A stretch of DNA of 62,507 nucleotides, filler included, from Nemertoderma westbladi (taxonomy: Eukaryota; Animalia; Xenacoelomorpha), in the NCBI GenBank assembly GCA_032718475.1. It is 3 parts of 3 records of this genome, joined end to end, with 100 filler letters (N's around TTAATTAATTAA, not from the genome) between each part and the next. Parts side by side here need not be neighbours in the genome. Positions count along the whole stretch, not along the records: positions 1 to 29,900 come from JAUCBJ010003071.1; 2 more parts are not named here. One strand, written 5' to 3'. The notes beneath the pieces are model-generated. The model ran no database searches. It was not told the DNA's origin and saw only the letters and a program-made list of their open reading frames with translations. Every line of letters begins with the position of its first letter. The stretch's first letter is position 1. A program made the translations under genes and the position numbers. Positions 9,206 to 23,700 of this stretch are shown here, in pieces.

Positions 9206-11722
9206 ATGTACCATAATGCAAGTCTGCATCAATCACCTACATCGCACTGGGTCTATAGCAATAGTGTTAACCGAAATTCCGTCCATCTTCAGGATTTTAT
9301 CTCTGGAAATGGATTGTTTTCGGCTGGAACCCAATTCAAGAAGCGAACTGGAAAATGGACTCATAGTGGACCCAGTGGTCACAAGTCCCACATAGACCAT
9401 ATTCTGTTTCGTAGGAAATACAGGAGCTCTATACAAGACTGTAATGCATTTACACTTCGACCCTTCTCCAGTGATCACCGCCTTATTGTGGCCAAGGTAA
9501 GACTTAGTCTGCGTGCTAGCAGAAAAAACGAAATCTGCCTTGCCGCGGCATGACTGGTCCTCTCTGTTGCAACAGCCAAGTGTGAGATCCAGCTTCACAC
9601 TACAGCTGACCAGGTATGAGGTTCTTGCCTCTGAGGCGGCAGATCACTGTGAGGGCTATACTGCCTTCACAGAAGCAGTTAAGTTAGCAGCTGCAGAAAC
9701 AGTTCCTGTATACCCTCGAAACAGGAAAAGGGCCCCCTGGACTGACAACAAAATTCAGAAGTGCCGAAATGACCTCTATAAGGCACAGAAAGAGTCCCGA
9801 CTCAAACAGACTACAGCGGCCAAGAATGCAGTTAAGGCTGCATCTAGGTCCCTGAACAGGCAGTACTCTGTTAATCTACAGGAGCTAGTAAACCAACAGG
9901 TTGATGCCACCAATGATGCTGACGACAGCAGGCAATCATCACAGGCATGGAAATCGATCAACTTGCTTACTGGTCGGAAAAGCCAACCAACCAACCAAGG
10001 TTAAGGCTGAATCACCAACTGATCGCCTCAATGGTTGGAAGGCCCACTTTGAAAAGCTCCTCAATAATGACAGGGTATTGCCTGATAACTTTATAGAAGT
10101 AAAAGTGTCTGAGTCTGTACTCCCAGATATTCCCATTGGCGATATCTCCTTTGCAGAAGTGAAGGCTGCTGCAAAGAGCATTAAGACCAATCGTGCCAGT
10201 GGAGTAGATGGTGTTTCCCCTGGGGTCTTTAAAATACCTGAGTGTTTAAAGCTCATCTATCCCATCACAGTAGACATGTACCGAACAACAAGAGTCCCAC
10301 GAGAAATGAAAACAAATAAGTTGGTACCAGTTCCCAAGAAGGGCAACTTAACACTCTATGGTTCATTTGGGGGAATCTCATTGATCTCGATTGCTGCAAA
10401 GCTATACAATAGAATTCTATTAAATCGCGTCAGGGATCCCATTGAGAGACTGCTCCGTGGAAATCAGAATGGGTTCCGTAAAGGTCGTGGGACCATGGAG
10501 CCCATTTTAGCTCTTAGAAGGATAATTTAAGAGTTTTCAAAAAAGAAAGACAGGCATCTGGCTGTTATCTTTGTTGACTTCTTCAAGGCCTTTGATTCAG
10601 TCTCTCGCTCACGTATGTTCAGCATACTTTCAATATATGGGATTCCTGATGAAATCTTTGCAGCAATCAGATCAGTATATGATGGTTCGACAACATTTGT
10701 GTCTACTGTTGACGGTGACACAGAACCATTTTAAGTGTTATGGGGCGTCCTCCAGGGAGACACACTTGCCCCATTCTTACTTTTAATTGTGGTTGAATAT
10801 GTTCTACGCATGTCCTTAGTTCATCATAATGATGATGGGGTGATGATAACTCCACCTACTGGCTCCAGAAGTCGAGGAAATCCTGCCAAGTACCTAACTA
10901 ATCTAGACTTTGCTGATGACTTAGGAGTACTCTCAGAATCACTAGAGGGAGCCCAACGGCTCCTCAGATCATTAGAACATGCTGCTTCTAGTGTTGGTCT
11001 TTTTATTAACTCCAGAAAGACCAAAAATTTTGACAGTTAACTTTGAAAGTCCTCAGCATGTCTCTGATCGGATCAGCATAAGCTCAAATGATGGTATGCT
11101 TGAGCATGTGGACGACTTCTGTTACCTGGGATCGTGGATCCGAAAGTCTGGTGAGGACCTTCGAATACGTAAGGGAAAGGCATGGGCAGCCTTGAATAGG
11201 CTTTCCAGGATTTGGAAGTCACCGAGAATTAATCGGAAACTTAAAGTCCGATTATTTAGAGCAGCAGTAGTTCCAGTACTCCTCTATGGGAGTCCATGCT
11301 GGGCTCTAACTGCGGAGGACACCAAATCTCTGGATGGTACATTCACAAGAATGCCACGCCGGGTTCATTGTGTCAAGTACAATGCACACATCTCCAACCA
11401 GACACTAAATAACATTGGAGGTGTCTCATTGGTTCGCCCAAGCTTGACACTAGAACAAAATCGCCTCCGCTTTGCAGGACATTGCTTTCGCCGTGAGGAC
11501 CAGCCAGTGCATATCTTGTACTTTGGCAGCCTCATGGAGTGAATAAGCATGGTGGACAGCCCATGACTTTCGTGAGACGGATCTTAAAGGACACTGGCCT
11601 TGAAGATGCGGATGATCTAGCAAATGTCATGGGTGATAGGGAGTTGTGGCGGCGCAATTTTGTCGACAAGCCGGCACAGCATTCTTAAAAATGCAGCTGC
11701 AATGCAGCATGCCGATCCTAGT
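9206..11722 (+). mobile_element. RTE-type non-LTR retrotransposon (LINE), 5'-truncated and degenerate, copy 1
   Basis: AP-endonuclease C-terminal motifs (WTHSGP, IDHILF, SDH) and RT motifs (KKGNL, GISLISIAAKLYNRIL, QNGFRKGRGT, GVLQGDTLAPFL, LDFADDL, FCYLGS), broken by frameshifts and stops. 3' end GCAGCATGCCGATCC plus a TAG tail. The 5' boundary is approximate. Confidence 0.93.
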
Positions 11723-11735
11723 AATACTGTGTGTA

Positions 11736-14700
11736 AATGTAGCAGAGCACCGCGAGAATGTAGCAGAGCATTGTGAGAATGTAGCAGAGCACCGTGAGAA
11801 TGTAGCAGAGCACCGTGAGAATGTAGCAAAGCAATGTGAGAACGTAGCAGAGCACCGTGAGAATGTAGCAGAGCAATGTGAGAATGTAGCAGAGCAATGT
11901 GAGAATGTAGCAGAGCACCGTGAGAATGTAGCAGAGCACCGTGAGAATGTAGCAAAGCAATGTGAGAACGTAGCAGAGCACCGTGAGAATGTAGCGGAGC
12001 AATGTGAGAATGTAGCGGAGCAATGTGAGAATGTAGCGGAGCAATGTGAGAATGTAGCAGAGCAATGTGAGAATGTAGAAGAGCACCGTGAGAATGTAGC
12101 AGAGCAATGTGAGAATGTAGCAGAGCAATGTGAGAATGTAGCGGAGCAATGTGAGAATGTAGCGGAGCAATGTGAGAATGTAGCAGAGCACCGTGAGAAT
12201 GTAGCAAAGCAATGTGAGAACGTAGCAGAGCACCGTGAGAATGTAGCAGAGCACCGTGAGAATGTAGCAAAGCAATGTGAGAATGTAGCGGAGCAATGTG
12301 AGAATGTAGCAGAGCAATGTGAGAATGTAGCGGAGCAATGTGAGAACGTAGAAGAGCACCGTGAGAATGTAGCGGAGCAATGTGAGAATGTAGCGGAGCA
12401 ATGTGAGAATGTAGCGGAGCAATGTGAGAACGTAGAAGAGCACCGTGAGAATGTAGCGGAGCAATGTGAGAATGTAGCGGAGCAATGTGAGAATGTAGCG
12501 GAGCAATGTGAGAATGTAGCGGAGCAATGTGAGAATGTAGCAGAGCACCGTGAGAATGTAGCGGAGCAATGTGAGAATGTAGCAGAGCACCGTGAGAATG
12601 TAGCAAAGCAATGTGAGAATGTAGCAGAGCACCGTGAGAATGTAGCAGAGCACCGTGAGAATGTAGCAAAGCAATGTGAGAATGTAGCAGAGCACCGTGA
12701 GAATGTAGCAGAGCACCGTGAGAATGTAGCGGAGCAATGTGAGAATGTAGCGGAGCAATGTGAGAATGTAGCAGAGCACCGTGAGAATGTAGCGGAGCAA
12801 TGTGAGAATGTAGCAGAGCACCGTGAGAATGTAGCAAAGCAATGTGAGAATGTAGCAGAGCACCGTGAGAATGTAGCAGAGCACCGTGAGAATGTAGCAA
12901 AGCAATGTGAGAATGTAGCAGAGCACCGTGAGAATGTAGCAGAGCACCGTGAGAATGTAGCGGAGCAATGTGAGAATGTAGCAGAGCACCGTGAGAATGT
13001 AGCAGAGCACCGTGAGAATGTAGCAGAGCACCGTGAGAATGTAGCAGAGCAATGTGAGAATGTAGCGGAGCAATGTGAGAATGTAGCAGAGCAATGTGAG
13101 AACGTAGAAGAGCACCGTGAGAATGTAGCAGAGCACCGTGAGAATGTAGCAGAGCACCGTGAGAATGTAGCAGAGCAATGTGAGAATGTAGCGGAGCAAT
13201 GTGAGAATGTAGCAGAGCAATGTGAGAACGTAGAAGAGCACCGTGAGAATGTAGCGGAGCAATGTGAGAATGTAGCGGAGCAATGTGAGAATGTAGCGGA
13301 GCAATGTGAGAATGTAGCAGAGCACCGTGAGAATGTAGCAGAGCACCGTGAGAATGTAGCAGAGCACCGTGAGAATGTAGCAGAGCAATGTGAGAATGTA
13401 GCGGAGCAATGTGAGAATGTAGCGGAGCAATGTGAGAATGTAGCAGAGCACCGTGAGAATGTAGCAGAGCACCGTGAGAATGTAGCAGAGCACCGTGAGA
13501 ATGTAGCAGAGCAATGTGAGAATGTAGCGGAGCAATGTGAGAATGTAGCAGAGCAATGTGAGAACGTAGAAGAGCACCGTGAGAATGTAGCGGAGCAATG
13601 TGAGAATGTAGCGGAGCAATGTGAGAATGTAGCGGAGCAATGTGAGAATGTAGCGGAGCAATGTGAGAATGTAGCAGAGCACCGTGAGAATGTAGCAAAG
13701 CAATGTGAGAATGTAGCAGAGCACCGTGAGAATGTAGCAGAGCACCGTGAGAATGTAGCAGAGCACCGTGAGAATGTAGCAGAGCAATGTGAGAATGTAG
13801 CAGAGCACCGTGAGAATGTAGCAGAGCACCGTGAGAATGTAGCAGAGCACCGTGAGAATGTAGCAGAGCAATGTGAGAATGTAGCGGAGCAATGTGAGAA
13901 TGTAGCAGAGCACCGTGAGAATGTAGCAGAGCACCGTGAGAATGTAGCGGAGCAATGTGAGAATGTAGCGGAGCAATGTGAGAATGTAGCAGAGCACCGT
14001 GAGAATGTAGCAGAGCACCGTGAGAATGTAGCAGAGCACCGTGAGAATGTAGCAGAGCAATGTGAGAATGTAGCGGAGCAATGTGAGAATGTAGCAGAGC
14101 AATGTGAGAACGTAGAAGAGCACCGTGAGAATGTAGCGGAGCAATGTGAGAATGTAGCGGAGCAATGTGAGAATGTAGCGGAGCAATGTGAGAATGTAGC
14201 GGAGCAATGTGAGAATGTAGCAGAGCACCGTGAGAATGTAGCAAAGCAATGTGAGAATGTAGCAGAGCACCGTGAGAATGTAGCAGAGCACCGTGAGAAT
14301 GTAGCAGAGCACCGTGAGAATGTAGCAGAGCAATGTGAGAATGTAGCGGAGCAATGTGAGAATGTAGCAGAGCAATGTGAGAATGTAGCGGAGCAATGTG
14401 AGAATGTAGCAGAGCAATGTGAGAATGTAGAAGAGCACCGTGAGAATGTAGCGGAGCAATGTGAGAATGTAGCGGAGCAATGTGAGAATGTAGCAGAGCA
14501 ATGTGAGAATGTAGCGGAGCAATGTGAGAATGTAGCAAAGCAATGTGAGAATGTAGCAGAGCACCGTGAGAATGTAGCAGAGCACCGTGAGAATGTAGCA
14601 GAGCACCGTGAGAATGTAGCAGAGCAATGTGAGAATGTAGCAGAGCACCGTGAGAATGTAGCAGAGCACCGTGAGAATGTAGCGGAGCAATGTGAGAATG

Positions 14701-17700
14701 TAGCAGAGCAATGTGAGAACGTAGAAGAGCACCGTGAGAATGTAGCGGAGCAATGTGAGAATGTAGCGGAGCAATGTGAGAATGTAGCGGAGCAATGTGA
14801 GAATGTAGCGGAGCAATGTGAGAATGTAGCAGAGCACCGTGAGAATGTAGCAAAGCAATGTGAGAATGTAGCAGAGCAATGTGAGAATGTAGAAGAGCAC
14901 CGTGAGAATGTAGCAGAGCACCGTGAGAATGTAGCAGAGCACCGTGAGAATGTAGCAGAGCAATGTGAGAATGTAGCGGAGCAATGTGAGAATGTAGCAG
15001 AGCAATGTGAGAATGTAGCGGAGCAATGTGAGAATGTAGCAGAGCAATGTGAGAATGTAGAAGAGCACCGTGAGAATGTAGCGGAGCAATGTGAGAATGT
15101 AGCGGAGCAATGTGAGAATGTAGCAGAGCAATGTGAGAATGTAGAAGAGCAATGTGAGAATGTAGCAGAGCAATGTGAGAATGTAGCAGAGCAATGTGAG
15201 AATGTAGCAGAGCAATGTGAGAATGTAGCAGAGCACCGTGAGAATGTAGCAGAGCAATGTGAGAATGTAGCAGAGCAATGTGAGAATGTAGCAGAGCAAT
15301 GTGAGAATGTAGAAGAGCACCGTGAGAATGTAGCGGAGCAATGTGAGAATGTAGCGGAGCAATGTGAGAATGTAGCGGAGCAATGTGAGAATGTAGCAGA
15401 GCAATGTGAGAATGTAGCAGAGCACCGTGAGAATGTAGCAGAGCAATGTGAGAATGTAGCAGAGCAATGTGAGAATGTAGCAGAGCAATGTGAGAATGTA
15501 GCAGAGCAATGTGAGAATGTAGCAGAGCACCGTGAGAATGTAGCAGAGCAATGTGAGAATGTAGCAGAGCAATGTGAGAATGTAGCAGAGCAATGTGAGA
15601 ATGTAGAAGAGCACCGTGATAATGTAGCGGAGCAATGTGAGAATGTAGCGGAGCAATGTGAGAATGTAGCAGAGCAATGTGAGAATGTAGCAGAGCAATG
15701 TGAGAATGTAGCGGAGCAATGTGAGAACGTAGCAGAGCACCGTGAGAATGTAGCAGAGCAATGTGAGAATGTAGCAGAGCAATGTGAGAATGTAGCAGAG
15801 CAATGTGAGAATGTAGAAGAGCACCGTGAGAATGTAGCGGAGCAATGTGAGAATGTAGCGGAGCAATGTGAGAATGTAGCAGAGCACCGTGAGAATGTAG
15901 CAAAGCAATGTGAGAATGTAGCGGAGCACCGTGAGAATGTAGCAAAGCAATGTGAGAACGTAGCGGAGCAATGTGAGAATGTAGCAGAGCACCGTGAGAA
16001 TGTAGCAGAGCACCGTGAGAATGTAGCAGAGCACCGTGAGAATGTAGCAGAGCAATGTGAGAATGTAGCAGAGCAATGTGAGAATGTAGCGGAGCAATGT
16101 GAGAACGTAGCAGAGCACCGTGAGAATGTAGCAGAGCAATGTGAGAATGTAGCAGAGCAATGTGAGAATGTAGCGGAGCAATGTGAGAATGTAGAAGAGC
16201 AATGTGAGAATGTAGCGGAGCAATGTGAGAACGTAGCAGAGCACCGTGAGAATGTAGCAGAGCACCGTGAGAATGTAGCAGAGCAATGTGAGAATGTAGC
16301 AGAGCAATGTGAGAATGTAGCGGAGCAATGTGAGAACGTAGCAGAGCACCGTGAGAATGTAGCAGAGCAATGTGAGAATGTAGCAGAGCAATGTGAGAAT
16401 GTAGCGGAGCAATGTGAGAACGTAGCAGAGCACCGTGAGAATGTAGCAGAGCAATGTGAGAACGTAGCAGAGCACCGTGAGAATGTAGCAGAGCACCGTG
16501 AGAATGTAGCAGAGCAATGTGAGAATGTAGCAGAGCAATGTGAGAATGTAGCGGAGCAATGTGAGAACGTAGCAGAGCACCGTGAGAATGTAGCAGAGCA
16601 ATGTGAGAATGTAGCAGAGCAATGTGAGAATGTAGCGGAGCAATGTGAGAACGTAGCAGAGCACCGTGAGAATGTAGCAGAGCAATGTGAGAATGTAGCA
16701 GAGCAATGTGAGAATGTAGCAGAGCAATGTGAGAATGTAGAAGAGCACCGTGAGAATGTAGCGGAGCAATGTGAGAATGTAGCGGAGCAATGTGAGAATG
16801 TAGCAGAGCACCGTGAGAATGTAGCAAAGCAATGTGAGAATGTAGCGGAGCACCGTGAGAATGTAGCAAAGCAATGTGAGAACGTAGCGGAGCAATGTGA
16901 GAATGTAGCAGAGCACCGTGAGAATGTAGCAGAGCACCGTGAGAATGTAGCAGAGCACCGTGAGAATGTAGCAGAGCAATGTGAGAATGTAGCGGAGCAA
17001 TGTGAGAATGTAGCAGAGCACCGTGAGAATGTAGCAAAGCAATGTGAGAACGTAGCAGAGCACCGTGAGAATGTAGCAGAGCACCGTGAGAATGTAGCAG
17101 AGCACCGTGAGAATGTAGCAGAGCAATGTGAGAATGTAGCGGAGCAATGTGAGAATGTAGCAGAGCAATGTGAGAATGTAGCGGAGCAATGTGAGAATGT
17201 AGCAGAGCAATGTGAGAATGTAGCGGAGCAATGTGAGAATGTAGCAGAGCAATGTGAGAATGTAGCGGAGCAATGTGAGAATGTAGCAGAGCAATGTGAG
17301 AATGTAGCGGAGCAATGTGAGAATGTAGCAGAGCACCGTGAGAATGTAGCAAAGCAATGTGAGAACGTAGCAGAGCACCGTGAGAATGTAGCAGAGCACC
17401 GTGAGAATGTAGCAAGAGCAATGTGAGAATGTAGCGGAGCAATGTGAGAATGTAGCAGAGCAATGTGAGAATGTAGCGGAGCAATGTGAGAATGTAGCAG
17501 AGCACCGTGAGAATGTAGCAAAGCAATGTGAGAACGTAGCAGAGCACCGTGAGAATGTAGCAGAGCAATGTGAGAATGTAGCAGAGCACCGTGAGAATGT
17601 AGCAGAGCACCGTGAGAATGTAGCAGAGCACCGTGAGAATGTAGCAGAGCAATGTGAGAATGTAGCAGAGCAATGTGAGAATGTAGCGGAGCAATGTGAG

Positions 17701-20700
17701 AATGTAGCAGAGCAATGTGAGAATGTAGAAGAGCACCGTGAGAATGTAGCGGAGCAATGTGAGAATGTAGCGGAGCAATGTGAGAATGTAGCAGAGCAAT
17801 GTGAGAATGTAGCGGAGCAATGTGAGAACGTAGCAGAGCACCGTGAGAATGTAGCAGAGCAATGTGAGAATGTAGCAGAGCAATGTGAGAATGTAGCAGA
17901 GCAATGTGAGAATGTAGAAGAGCACCGTGAGAATGTAGCGGAGCAATGTGAGAATGTAGCGGAGCAATGTGAGAATGTAGCGGAGCAATGTGAGAATGTA
18001 GCAGAGCAATGTGAGAATGTAGCGGAGCAATGTGAGAACGTAGCAGAGCACCGTGAGAATGTAGCAGAGCAATGTGAGAATGTAGCAGAGCAATGTGAGA
18101 ATGTAGCAGAGCAATGTGAGAATGTAGCAGAGCAATGTGAGAATGTAGCGGAGCAATGTGAGAATGTAGCAGAGCAATGTGAGAATGTAGCGGAGCAATG
18201 TGAGAATGTAGCAGAGCACCGTGAGAATGTAGCAAAGCAATGTGAGAATGTAGCAGAGCAATGTGAGAATGTAGCGGAGCAATGTGAGAATGTAGCGGAG
18301 CAATGTGAGAATGTAGCAGAGCAATGTGAGAATGTAGCGGAGCAATGTGAGAATGTAGCAGAGCAATGTGAGAATGTAGCAGAGCAATGTGAGAATGTAG
18401 CGGAGCAATGTGAGAATGTAGCAGAGCAATGTGAGAATGTAGCGGAGCAATGTGAGAATGTAGCAGAGCACCGTGAGAATGTAGCAGAGCAATGTGAGAA
18501 TGTAGCAGAGCACCGTGAGAATGTAGCAGAGCACCGTGAGAATGTAGCAGAGCACCGTGAGAATGTAGCAGAGCAATGTGAGAATGTAGCGGAGCAATGT
18601 GAGAATGTAGCAGAGCAATGTGAGAATGTAGCAGAGCACCGTGAGAATGTAGCAGAGCAATGTGAGAATGTAGCAGAGCAATGTGAGAATGTAGCGGAGC
18701 AATGTGAGAATGTAGCGGAGCAATGTGAGAATGTAGCGGAGCAATGTGAGAATGTAGCAGAGCAATGTGAGAATGTAGCGGAGCAATGTGAGAATGTAGC
18801 AGAGCAATGTGAGAATGTAGCAGAGCAATGTGAGAATGTAGCGGAGCAATGTGAGAATGTAGCAGAGCAATGTGAGAATGTAGCGGAGCAATGTGAGAAT
18901 GTAGCAGAGCACCGTGAGAATGTAGCAAAGCAATGTGAGAATGTAGCAGAGCACCGTGAGAATGTAGCAGAGCACCGTGAGAATGTAGCAGAGCACCGTG
19001 AGAATGTAGCAGAGCAATGTGAGAATGTAGCGGAGCAATGTGAGAATGTAGCAGAGCAATGTGAGAATGTAGCGGAGCAATGTGAGAATGTAGCAGAGCA
19101 ATGTGAGAATGTAGAAGAGCACCGTGAGAATGTAGCGGAGCAATGTGAGAATGTAGCGGAGCAATGTGAGAATGTAGCAGAGCAATGTGAGAATGTAGCG
19201 GAGCAATGTGAGAACGTAGCAGAGCACCGTGAGAATGTAGCAGAGCAATGTGAGAATGTAGCAGAGCAATGTGAGAATGTAGCAGAGCAATGTGAGAATG
19301 TAGAAGAGCACCGTGAGAATGTAGCGGAGCAATGTGAGAATGTAGCGGAGCAATGTGAGAATGTAGCAGAGCAATGTGAGAATGTAGCGGAGCAATGTGA
19401 GAATGTAGCAGAGCACCGTGAGAATGTAGCAAAGCAATGTGAGAACGTAGCAGAGCACCGTGAGAATGTAGCAGAGCACCGTGAGAATGTAGCAGAGCAC
19501 CGTGAGAATGTAGCAGAGCAATGTGAGAATGTAGCGGAGCAATGTGAGAATGTAGCAGAGCAATGTGAGAATGTAGCGGAGCAATGTGAGAATGTAGCAG
19601 AGCAATGTGAGAATGTAGAAGAGCACCGTGAGAATGTAGCGGAGCAATGTGAGAATGTAGCGGAGCAATGTGAGAATGTAGCAGAGCAATGTGAGAATGT
19701 AGCGGAGCAATGTGAGAATGTAGCAGAGCAATGTGAGAACGTAGCAGAGCACCGTGAGAATGTAGCAGAGCAATGTGAGAATGTAGCAGAGCAATGTGAG
19801 AATGTAGCAGAGCAATGTGAGAATGTAGCAGAGCAATGTGAGAACGTAGCAGAGCACCGTGAGAATGTAGCAGAGCAATGTGAGAATGTAGCAGAGCAAT
19901 GTGAGAATGTAGCAGAGCAATGTGAGAATGTAGCAGAGCAATGTGAGAACGTAGCAGAGCACCGTGAGAATGTAGCAGAGCAATGTGAGAATGTAGCAGA
20001 GCAATGTGAGAATGTAGCAGAGCAATGTGAGAATGTAGAAGAGCACCGTGAGAATGTAGCGGAGCAATGTGAGAATGTAGCGGAGCAATGTGAGAATGTA
20101 GCAGAGCAATGTGAGAATGTAGCGGAGCAATGTGAGAACGTAGCAGAGCACCGTGAGAATGTAGCAGAGCAATGTGAGAATGTAGCAGAGCAATGTGAGA
20201 ATGTAGCAGAGCAATGTGAGAATGTAGCGGAGCAATGTGAGAACGTAGCAGAGCACCGTGAGAATGTAGCAGAGCAATGTGAGAATGTAGCAGAGCAATG
20301 TGAGAATGTAGCAGAGCAATGTGAGAATGTAGAAGAGCACCGTGAGAATGTAGCGGAGCAATGTGAGAATGTAGCGGAGCAATGTGAGAATGTAGCAGAG
20401 CAATGTGAGAATGTAGCGGAGCAATGTGAGAACGTAGCAGAGCACCGTGAGAATGTAGCAGAGCAATGTGAGAATGTAGCAGAGCAATGTGAGAACGTAG
20501 CAGAGCACCGTGAGAATGTAGCAGAGCAATGTGAGAATGTAGCAGAGCAATGTGAGAATGTAGCAGAGCAATGTGAGAATGTAGCAGAGCAATGTGAGAA
20601 CGTAGCAGAGCACCGTGAGAATGTAGCAGAGCAATGTGAGAATGTAGCAGAGCAATGTGAGAATGTAGCAGAGCAATGTGAGAATGTAGCAGAGCAATGT

Positions 20701-23700
20701 GAGAACGTAGCAGAGCACCGTGAGAATGTAGCAGAGCAATGTGAGAATGTAGCAGAGCAATGTGAGAATGTAGCAGAGCAATGTGAGAATGTAGAAGAGC
20801 ACCGTGAGAATGTAGCGGAGCAATGTGAGAATGTAGCGGAGCAATGTGAGAATGTAGCAGAGCAATGTGAGAATGTAGCGGAGCAATGTGAGAACGTAGC
20901 AGAGCACCGTGAGAATGTAGCGGAGCAATGTGAGAATGTAGCAGAGCACCGTGAGAATGTAGCAAAGCAATGTGAGAATGTAGCAGAGCAATGTGAGAAT
21001 GTAGCAGAGCACCGTGAGAATGTAGCAAAGCAATGTGAGAACGTAGCAGAGCACCGTGAGAATGTAGCGGAGCAATGTGAGAATGTAGCAGAGCAATGTG
21101 AGAATGTAGCAGAGCACCGTGAGAATGTAGCAGAGCACCGTGAGAATGTAGCAGAGCAATGTGAGAATGTAGCGGAGCAATGTGAGAATGAAGCAGAGCA
21201 CCGTGGAAATGTAGCAAAGCAATGTGAGAACGTAGCAGAGCACCGTGAGAATGTAGCAGAGCAATGTGAGAATGTAGCAGAGCAATGTGAGAATGTAGAA
21301 GAGCACCGTGAGAATGTAGCGGAGCAATGTGAGAATGTAGAAGAGCACCGTGAGAATGTAGCGGAGCAATGTGAGAATGTAGCGGAGCAATGTGAGAATG
21401 TAGCGGAGCAATGTGAGAATGTAGCGGAGCAATGTGAGAATGTAGCAGAGCACCGTGAGAATGTAGCAGAGCAATGTGAGAATGTAGCAGAGCAATGTGA
21501 GAATGTAGAAGAGCACCGTGAGAATGTAGCGGAGCAATGTGAGAATGTAGCGGAGCAATGTGAGAACGTAGCAGAGCACCGTGAGAATGTAGCGGAGCAA
21601 TGTGAGAATGTAGCAGAGCAATGTGAGAATGTAGCAGAGCACCGTGAGAATGTAGCAAAGCAATGTGAGAACGTAGCAGAGCACCGTGAGAATGTAGCGG
21701 AGCAATGTGAGAATGTAGCAGAGCAATGTGAGAATGTAGCAGAGCACCGTGAGAATGTAGCAGAGCACCGTGAGAATGTAGCAGAGCAATGTGAGAATGT
21801 AGCGGAGCAATGTGAGAATGAAGCAGAGCACCGTGGAAATGTAGCAAAGCAATGTGAGAACGTAGCAGAGCACCGTGAGAATGTAGCAGAGCAATGTGAG
21901 AATGTAGCAGAGCAATGTGAGAATGTAGAAGAGCACCGTGAGAATGTAGCGGAGCAATGTGAGAATGTAGAAGAGCACCGTGAGAATGTAGCGGAGCAAT
22001 GTGAGAATGTAGCGGAGCAATGTGAGAATGTAGCGGAGCAATGTGAGAATGTAGCGGAGCAATGTGAGAATGTAGCAGAGCACCGTGAGAATGTAGCAGA
22101 GCAATGTGAGAATGTAGCAGAGCAATGTGAGAATGTAGAAGAGCACCGTGAGAATGTAGCGGAGCAATGTGAGAATGTAGCAGAGCACCGTGAGAATGTA
22201 GCAGAGCAATGTGAGAATGTAGAAGAGCACCGTGAGAATGTAGCGGAGCAATGTGAGAATGTAGCGGAGCAATGTGAGAATGTAGCGGAGCAATGTGAGA
22301 ATGTAGCGGAGCAATGTGAGAATGTAGCAGAGCACCGTGAGAATGTAGCAGAGCACCGTGAGAATGTAGCAAAGCAATGTGAGAACGTAGCAGAGCACCG
22401 TGAGAATGTAGCAGAGCAATGTGAGAATGTAGCAGAGCAATGTGAGAATGTAGAAGAGCACCGTGAGAATGTAGCGGAGCAATGTGAGAATGTAGCGGAG
22501 CAATGTGAGAATGTAGCAGAGCAATGTGAGAATGTAGCGGAGCAATGTGAGAATGTAGCAGAGCAATGTGAGAATGTAGAAGAGCACCGTGAGAATGTAG
22601 CGGAGCAATGTGAGAATGTAGCGGAGCAATGTGAGAATGTAGCAGAGCAATGTGAGAATGTAGCGGAGCAATGTGAGAATGTAGCAGAGCAATGTGAGAA
22701 TGTAGAAGAGCACCGTGAGAATGTAGCGGAGCAATGTGAGAATGTAGCAGAGCAATGTGAGAATGTAGCAGAGCAATGTGAGAATGAAGCAGAGCAATGT
22801 GAGAATGTAGCGGAGCAATGTGAGAATGTAGCAGAGCAATGTGAGAATGTAGAAGAGCACCGTGAGAATGTAGCGGAGCAATGTGAGAATGTAGCAGAGC
22901 AATGTGAGAATGTAGCAAAGCAATGTGAGAATGAAGCAGAGCAATGTGAGAATGTAGCAGAGCAATGTGAGAATGTAGCGGAGCAATGTGAGAATGTAGC
23001 GGAGCAATGTGAGAATGTAGCAGAGCAATGTGAGAATGTAGCGGAGCAATGTGAGAATGTAGCGGAGCACCGTGAGAATGTAGCAAAGCAATGTGAGAAC
23101 GTAGCAGAGCACCGTGAGAATGTAGCAGAGCAATGTGAGAATGTAGCAGAGCAATGTGAGAATGAAGCAGAGCATCGTGGAAATGTAGCAGATCAATGTG
23201 AGAATGTAGAAGAGCACCGTGAGAATGTAGCAAAGCAATGTGAGAACGTAGCAGAGCACCGTGAGAATGTAGCAGAGCACCGTGAGAATGTAGCAGATCA
23301 ATGTGAGAATGTAGAAGAGCACCGTGAGAATGTAGCGGAGCAATGTGAGAATGTAGCGGAGCAATGTGAGAATGTAGCGGAGCACCGTGAGAATGTAGCA
23401 AAGCAATGTGAGAACGTAGCAGAGCACCGTGAGAATGTAGCAGATCAATGTGAGAATGTAGCAGAGCACCGTGAGAATGTAGCAGAGCAATGTGAGAATG
23501 TAGCGGAGCAATGTGAGAATGTAGCGGAGCACCGTGAGAATGTAGCAAAGCAATGTGAGAACGTAGCAGAGCACCGTGAGAATGTAGCAGAGCACCGTGA
23601 GAATGTAGCAGAGCAATGTGAGAATGAAGCAGAGCATCGTGGAAATGTAGCAGATCAATGTGAGAATGTAGAAGAGCACCGTGAGAATGTAGCGGAGCAA

